Assembly (NCBI GenBank): GCA_964234715.1
Contig: OZ174282.1
DNA length: 64,000 nucleotides
Direction: 5' to 3' (one strand)
Source: Podarcis melisellensis
Taxonomy: Eukaryota
The number at the start of each line of letters is the position of its first letter. Position 1 is the stretch's first letter. The notes below the pieces were generated by a model. The model saw nothing but the letters and a program-made list of their open reading frames with translations. It ran no database searches and had not been told where the DNA came from. The translations under genes and the position numbers were made by a program. Below, piece by piece: positions 56,809 through 64,000 of this stretch.

Positions 56809-59800
56809 CGCTTTTTTTGTTGCAGAAGAAAATCCTCAAAAAATACCAGCCCTCATTTATATATTAAAAAGTGTGTGGATTCATAGAATCGTATAAGTGG
56901 AAGGGACCCTGAGGGTCATCTAGTCCAACCCCCTGCAAGGCAGGAATCTCAACTAAAGCATCCATGACAGATGACCATCCTTCGAGGGAACAATCCTCTA
57001 ACTCAGGTTTGGGGAGCCATTGGCCCTCCAGATGTTGCCCCAGGAAGAATGGTCAATGACTAGGGATTATGGGAGGTGTGCTTCAGCAACACCTGGCAGG
57101 CCAAAGGTTCCTTGCGCATGCTGTTAACTGAAGGAGCTCTCTGTTTGGAAGGGCTGCCTGGTGTGAAGCTGAAGAACCACAAGAAGGAAGATCAGGAGTC
57201 TGGAAATGGCTGCCCTTTAGTACTCGATCAGCAGACATTTGACCCCTGGCCCCCAGGAGTCTTCCCCATGATGGTGAGATGTTTTGCATCATAAACCGCA
57301 GTATTCCCACCCCCACCCCCGAATTTGCGTCTATAGATGGTGCATACAAATGTTATGCAATTCTGTAACAACCCTTTTTTGGGTGATGATGGCTGTTGAA
57401 GGATTGCACAATGTCATGTGATTTATTTAAAAGTGACCCTCTTATGCTTGGGCATTTTCACTTTCTGGGAGGAGGAGGAAGACAATGTGATTTAGTGGTT
57501 AGTGCGTCAGACTAGGACTTGGGAGACCGGGGTTCAAATCCTCACATGGCCATGACAGTGGCATAGTGTGGGTTGCCAGTGCCCGGGGCTGCGTGGAGGT
57601 GTGGGTGGGTGGGAAACAGACAGAGTACGCATGCCCATTCAGCTGCCTAATGGAAGTGTCTCCATCACCCAGGAAATTGTAGCCATAGAGACGAGAAAAG
57701 AAGAGTCGTTCTGTTGTCTGGAGAGGCCACTTTCTGCTTCGCATGGAGAAGCTGTTTTCAATGGAGCCCATGCAGCTGTATTGAGGCACCACCAGGTGTT
57801 GAAATCTTATGCCCCTAACAATTTCATGCCCAGGGCAACTGGCCTTGCTATGCCACTGGGCAGTGAAGCTTCCTGGGTGCCTTTGGACTGCCTCTCAGAC
57901 TAACCTACCTCGCAGGGTTGTTAACGGGGATTAAATGAGGAGGGGGGATACCACGAGCTCCTTGGAGAAAAAGATTGGGAGAAATGTGCATCACAGAGAA
58001 GATGGTGAGGTGCCCCTCTGTGTTGACCCAGATGCGGAAGGGGACCAGAAGCTCAAGCCTGAGATGCCACATTCCTTACATAGAGTCCCCGATTTGCGGT
58101 TTTAGCCAAATGTGGTAAGCCTCTAAAGAGATTAGCGATGCATTTGTTTTTCTTTCTTGGGTGCTGCTGGAGAAATGGGTGTCTGCAGAAAATGTGTTTT
58201 TCCACTTGCCTAGAACAAAGTTTTTATTCTCTCTCTTGCAGGGCTCCTCCTGTGCTTAACAGGCAGTAATCCAAGAGACGGAACTTTTCCCCATCACTGC
58301 ACCTGCTGAAATTCTGCACTGTACGCTGTCCTGTTCCACCCTGCTGAAATCCCCTCTCCTGCACAACTATTAAAAAGTGCAAGAGCCCTGCCCTCTGCAA
58401 CATCTGGCCGTCCTACACAGCAGTCAACCAATGGAGCTGACCAACTAGGACCAGCTGGATGGGATTCTGGGGGGTGGGAAGGTGTAATTCTGCAATACGA
58501 CATTGCCCCAATAATGGTCCATTAATGGTGCGGTTATCCTGGACTGGCCACACATCCTTCCATGCTTTTAGCTGTGCTACGATGCCTCCCCAGGGTTATT
58601 GCATTTTTGTCATCTGGAGTGTCAAGCTTGCATTACAACCCAACGAAAGCAGGACGAAAAATAAACTGGAGCACTTTTGGTATGAAAAGCTACAGAATTT
58701 CATTCTTGATAATAGCCATTATAAAAGCTTTGCCAGCTACATTTCTGCTGGTTAGGCAGCTGCAGTGATCCAGGAGTCCTGTTTAAAAAAAGGGGGGGAG
58801 GAGAGAAACAGCCTTAAGCTCTACCAGTTGTATTTCTGCTTGTAGTGCAATGGTTAAATGGCAGCAATAGAGAGATTTGGAATGTGGCACAGCATAGCAT
58901 TCAATGGTATGTCACCTTTAGGCTGCCAGGATTACTTTTGCATTATGAGAGCAAGTTCAACAGGTGAAGCTTTTCCACTTGTTGCTCCTCCATCGCTGGA
59001 GAGACTTTCCTGATTGTCTGCTGGCCATGAAACTGCGAAAACATCCAAGGGCCCCAGCAGGAAAATATATTGACAACACTTTGTTATTGTATCTGAGAAG
59101 CATGGGTTGCTAAATCCGGTGGCCAACTTTTCATTGAGTCCACCTACTTATTTTTAAATTATTGGCTTAAATTACAATTTGCAGATGAAGGAAAGTTCCT
59201 CAAAATAGACCTTTCCAACAAGAAATTTCTTCTGGCTTCTCAGCTGGAACAACCCTTTCCATGGCTCTATTTTCTACTTCTGATTAAACAGAGAAAACTA
59301 CCTTATACAGAATCATAGGAAAGGTGATTCACATGTTACATTGAACAAGTGCCCCTGTATTCACAAATAGCTGACCTGGACATTGGTACATTTATTCACA
59401 CGTAGCCTTCAGTGAGTGTACAGTCTGCATATATCTCACCAAGTATACGCTCTTTCCATTAGGGAGACTTTGCATATCAGTAGCAGGAGTAATTCATTAT
59501 ATGCCCCCCCCCATCTGACTGCGTTGCTCCAGCCTCTCTGGTCTACAGGAGTGTCAACTTGGCCCAGTGACCATGGGTGCCTGGGCTGTGGGTGCCATGC
59601 ACCGTGCATGGCCCTAGCACTGAAATTTGTGAGTGCCCGGCCACTTCATGGGGAATTTTGTGGGTGGTTGGGCACCCAGGGCCCCAGGGAATTGGCACCT
59701 ATGTTGGGCTGTTTCCAGCCAGTTATAAAACTGCAATAAAACACCACACATTAAAAAACTTCCCTATACAGGGCTGTCTTCAAATGTCGTCTAAAAGTCA

Positions 59801-61172
59801 GATAGTAGTTTATTTCCTTGGCATCTGATGGGAGGGTGTTCCGCAGGAAAGGAGCCACTACTGAGAAGACCCTGTGCTTGGTTCCCTGTAACCTCAGTTT
59901 ACTTCACAGTGAGGCAAATGCAAGAAGGCCCTCAGAGCTGGACCTCACTGTCTGGGATGAACGGTGTGGGTAGCGATGCCAGACCCTCCAACTGCCTCCA
60001 TTTTCCAGGGACGTCCCTGATTTAGGGAAGCCATCCCAAAATCTGATTTGATCCCATAATGTCCCACTTTTCCTTAGGATGTCCCTATTTTCATTGGAGA
60101 AACGTTGGAGGGTATGGAGTTTTCTGACCCCTGGGCCGTCTGAAGGAAATCCTGTATAGGGAAGTTTTAAAAAATGTTTAATGTTTTATTATGTTTTTAT
60201 ATATGTTGGAAGCTGCCCAGAGTGGTTGGGGCAACCCAGTAAGATGTGTGGGGTATAAACAGTAAAATTATCATTATGGAATGGGACGTCACTATTTTCA
60301 TTGGAGAAATGTTGGAAGGTATGAGATGCTCCTTCAGGTAAACAGGGCCAAAGCCATTTAGGGCCTTAAAAGTCAGCACCAGCTCTTTGAATTGTGTTTG
60401 GAAACATACTGGGGACTGATGTAGATCTTTCAGGACCAGCGGCCGCTCCCAGCCACCAGTCTAGCAACCGCTTTCTCTGATAGTTTAAGTTTCCGAGTCA
60501 CCTTCAAAGGTGCAAAATGCCACTCTTTCCTGTCTCAAGTTCATTTGCACATTGAGATAAAATTGCAAAACACAGATCAGATTTGCCTAGAATCTCCGAG
60601 TATTGAAATCTGACAGCTGAAGCAAGCATTTGCAGAGTAATTTTTTTTGCAAATGTTGCAAACTCACCAAGATCTAAATCTACTGATCCTGTCTTAAAAG
60701 CATGGCGGCATGTAGATCATGAATGTTGTCGCCAGTACCCATCTGGCTCCCATGAAACCTGCAGGCAGCAAGATAAACTGAAATCAAATGGGTATCTTAT
60801 CACTTGCGTCACCTCAAGTTGCATGGGAAGAATCACCACTAGGCACGGAGGCAGGAAATCTGGGCAAATTTAGTTCTTCTTTTTCCCTCCCTCTTTTCGA
60901 CTAAAAATAGCAATCATACGTGCTTGCGGGTTTCTTGTTTTTAAAAGAATTGTTTGTGAGGTTGACCTAAATCTCACAATTTGGGCTTTTCAGAAGTTGG
61001 CCAGACCTCCTAATTCACAGCCTAAACCTGCATCAAATTAGATTGCAAACCTGCCAACTTCATGTCTGGATAGACTTGTCTACATAGGCCTAGATATTAT
61101 TTTCATAATAGCTTGCTTGTGCAGTCTTTCCCCCAAACAAATTATCAGTTAAGGGAAAGACTACTGTATATA

Positions 61173-61398
61173 CAGTGGTACCTCGGGTTACATACGCTTC
61201 AGGTTACAGACTCCGCTAACCCAGAAATAGTGCTTCAGATTAAGAACTCTGCTTCAGGATTAGAACAGAAATTGCGAAGCGGAGGCGCGGCAGCAGCAGG
61301 AGGCCCCATTAGCTAAAGTGGTGCTTCAGGTTAAGAACAGCTTCAGGTTAAGTACGGACCTCCACAACGAATTAAGTACTTAACCCGAGGTACCACTG
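61173..61398. mobile_element. Tc1/mariner-type MITE (TIR CAGTGGTACCTC)
   Basis: TIRs and TA flanks. Confidence 0.88.
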
Positions 61399-63316
61399 TA
61401 GTTATCAAAAAAAGAAGAAGAAAGTTGTAAAGTTCGACTAAGATCCCCAGAAATTTCCAAGTAATCCACGGGGTGTGGGGGTGGGGGTGGGTAGGATGGC
61501 TGTCCTGGTTCTGGACCTTGCGTGACCTGGAGACATTAGCAGGCGATGCTGCTTTGTTCTGGGGTCATGCAAAACTTCACTCCTGATTTTGAAATTCAGA
61601 GGTCTGCTGTGTAGGATTTCCAGATCAAGAGCATCCAAGACCCTGAGATCTCAAGAGCCAAACATGAAACAGAGGGGCAGCCCTTGGTGATGTCATGGGA
61701 GTGCGCCCTGGAGATGGAGGTTAATTGGGAGAGGGGAGGCAGGCCGACCTTGCAGAGTATCTATGCTGTGATTTGCTGGCAGGTGGGCAACTGTGCCTTA
61801 TCTATAGTGCCCACCTGGAGATTCAAGTCTTCCACCTCTAAGCGGTTTACATAAAATAGAAAATATTTATTTGAAAATGCTAGTAACCTGCAACTTTATA
61901 AAAACAAACAGAGATGAAATGTATCAAAGCGTATGAAAAATCAGCAGTTTTTTTTAATTGAGTTTTATAAATACAAAAAGCGGGAGGGGGGAAAGTAAAA
62001 TTAAAAAACATACAAACACATAGACATACAAAAAAATAAACTGCTATTTACACAAACAAGAATTGTACCCACCCACCTGTGACTGCACAGTTCTTAGCAC
62101 AAAATATGCACAACAAAATTGCATGCCTGGGGAGTCTTGCCTAAACAAAAATGGTTTTAGGAAGTACTGGAGGGAAATACAGCGAAGGTGCATGCCCTGA
62201 TATCAATGGGTAGTGGCATTCCCATTTATTCTGGAACGGGTGGGAAAGTGAAATTTCAAGTAAGCCACACCTTCTGAAATAATTCTTCTTCTTAAACCCT
62301 GCCTATCCTCCTAAGAAGCCCCGCCTTTTTAACAATCTCCCACCACCAACATTTCATAAGCTGCCCAGAGAATTTGTGCCATTGGGCAGCCGGTAAATAA
62401 ACAAATACATACATTTGGTCAGGGGAAAAATCTGTAAGTATAGATCAGTGACACCATTTCAGGATGCTCAAATCCGGCCACCCAAAACGGCCATGGCACT
62501 ATACCTCTTGGTGGGTAGCTGACCTCCATTTGTTTTTGATCTGTTGAATTCACTTCTGTTTCCTTCCTTCTCTTCCTTCAGACCATAGCCCAAAGCTTGT
62601 TCTCTCCTGGATCCATTTCTGAATGCCCAGCCCACTGTACTGGGATCACCCTGGCAAGGAACTGACTCAAAGGAGGAGCTGGTTAGATCTTATTACATCT
62701 GTGCTTTCATTCCAGGGAACTCCTCTCATCCAGGGGCTGAAACTCTCAATCTTTCCAGGACAAGCCAAGACGGCAACTTCCGGTGGCTTCCCCGCCCATC
62801 ACAGAAATAGCACTTGTGTGTCATAATGGCCCCTTCTATGAATCATAATTTCTCTCCATCTCCATGGCTGGTGCACCATTATTCAGAGCCGAGAGGAATC
62901 CTGGGATTATCTTATGCAATAAATGCCCTGTGTTTCATCGCTGGCTCCAAGAGGCATTTGGAGGTCTATTAAGAACATTCTGAAATGTTATGACACTGAA
63001 GCGCTATTTTTTGCAAGGCTTGTGGGTTGAACCTTAGGACCTCAGAAGAGCCCTGATGCACCAGTCCAATGGCCTGTCAAGTCCAGGATCCGACTCTCAC
63101 TGTGGCCACCCAGAGGCCTGAGGGAAAGCTTCAAGCAGCACCCGAGTGCAAGACCACTTTCCCCTCCCGTGGTTTCCAACAACAGATTTTCAGAAGCATA
63201 GCTGCCTCCACCTGTGGAGGCCGAGTGGAGCCATACCAGCTAGAAGCCATCAATAGCCCTCTGCTTCACGAGCAGCCTCTGCGACTGCATCCTACAGGTT
63301 GCAGAAAACATCCCTA

Positions 63317-63558
63317 CAGTGGTACCTCATGTTACAGACGCTTCAGGTTACAGGCACTTCAGGTTACAGACTCCACTAACCCAGAAATAGTACCTCGGGT
63401 TAAGAACTTTGCTTCAGGATGAGAATAGAAATTGCGTGGCGGCGGCGTGGCGGCAGCGGGAGGCCCCATTAGCTCAAGTGGTACCTCAGGTTAAGAACAG
63501 TTTCAGGTTAAGAACGGACCTCCAGAATGAATTAAGTTCTTAACCTGAGGTACCACTG
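63317..63558. mobile_element. Tc1/mariner-type MITE (TIR CAGTGGTACCTC)
   Basis: TIRs and TA flanks. Confidence 0.88.
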
Positions 63559-63783
63559 TATTAGGTTTCACAAAGGCCACTATCAGGGCTGGATTTAGGT
63601 ATGATGAGGCCCTAAGCTACTGAAGGTAATGGGGCCCTTTATATGTCCAGCTGACCTTTGTCAACAACAAATTGCCACTGTTTTTTGTGTTGAATATATG
63701 CTGTATGGTAATTTATGGACCTAATAGGTATCTAAAGCCATTTGCACATAACAGTCCATGCATAATGTAGGCACCCTATATAT

Positions 63784-64000
63784 AAAAAGGTAAAGGTACC
63801 CCTGCTCATCAGGGCCAGTCGTGACCGACTCTGGGGTTGCGTGCTCATCTCGCTCAAGAGGCTGGGAGCTGGCGCTGTCCGAAGACACTTCCGGGTCACG
63901 TGGCCAACGTGACTAAGCTGCATCTGGCGAGCCAGCACCAGTGCCGCACACGGAAATGCCGTTTACCTTCCTGCTATAAAGCGGTACCTATTTATTTACT
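63784..64000 (-). mobile_element. Sauria SINE (truncated by window end)
   Basis: AAAGGTAAAGG tail followed by the SINE body GACTCTGGGGTTGC...GTTTACCTTCC...GGTACCTATTTAT. Confidence 0.85.

Noticed and set aside
1-64000. CRISPR arrays, operons or other prokaryotic systems
   Set aside because: Vertebrate intron-exon DNA. The recurrent repeats are dispersed TEs, not regularly spaced repeat-spacer arrays.

Overview
This is vertebrate genomic DNA, almost certainly from a lacertid lizard (Podarcis-like), judging by the Sauria SINE, BovB, L2, CR1 and squamate-type MITE content. Three real + strand genes are hidden from the ORF track by splicing. (1) The pre-miR-125a hairpin at about 1.4 kb is the 3' member of the miR-99b/let-7e/miR-125a cluster; the other two members are not in the window. 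(2) SPACA6, a sperm-egg fusion protein of the IZUMO1/SPACA6/TMEM95 superfamily, has 8 coding exons at 11466-25918, with the final cytoplasmic-tail exon unresolved. (3) An intact 257-aa BTG/Tob-family gene (CDS 43244-47791) has the BTG3/BTG4 exon architecture but is not clearly either gene. It is probably a third ohnolog without a human counterpart, possibly related to Xenopus btg5. Its CpG-island promoter carries a c-fos-like Ets-CArG-CRE serum-response module. Its 3'UTR carries CPE, Pumilio, let-7 and miR-17 sites. The rest is intronic and intergenic DNA dense in transposons, and nearly all listed ORFs are spurious or TE-derived.
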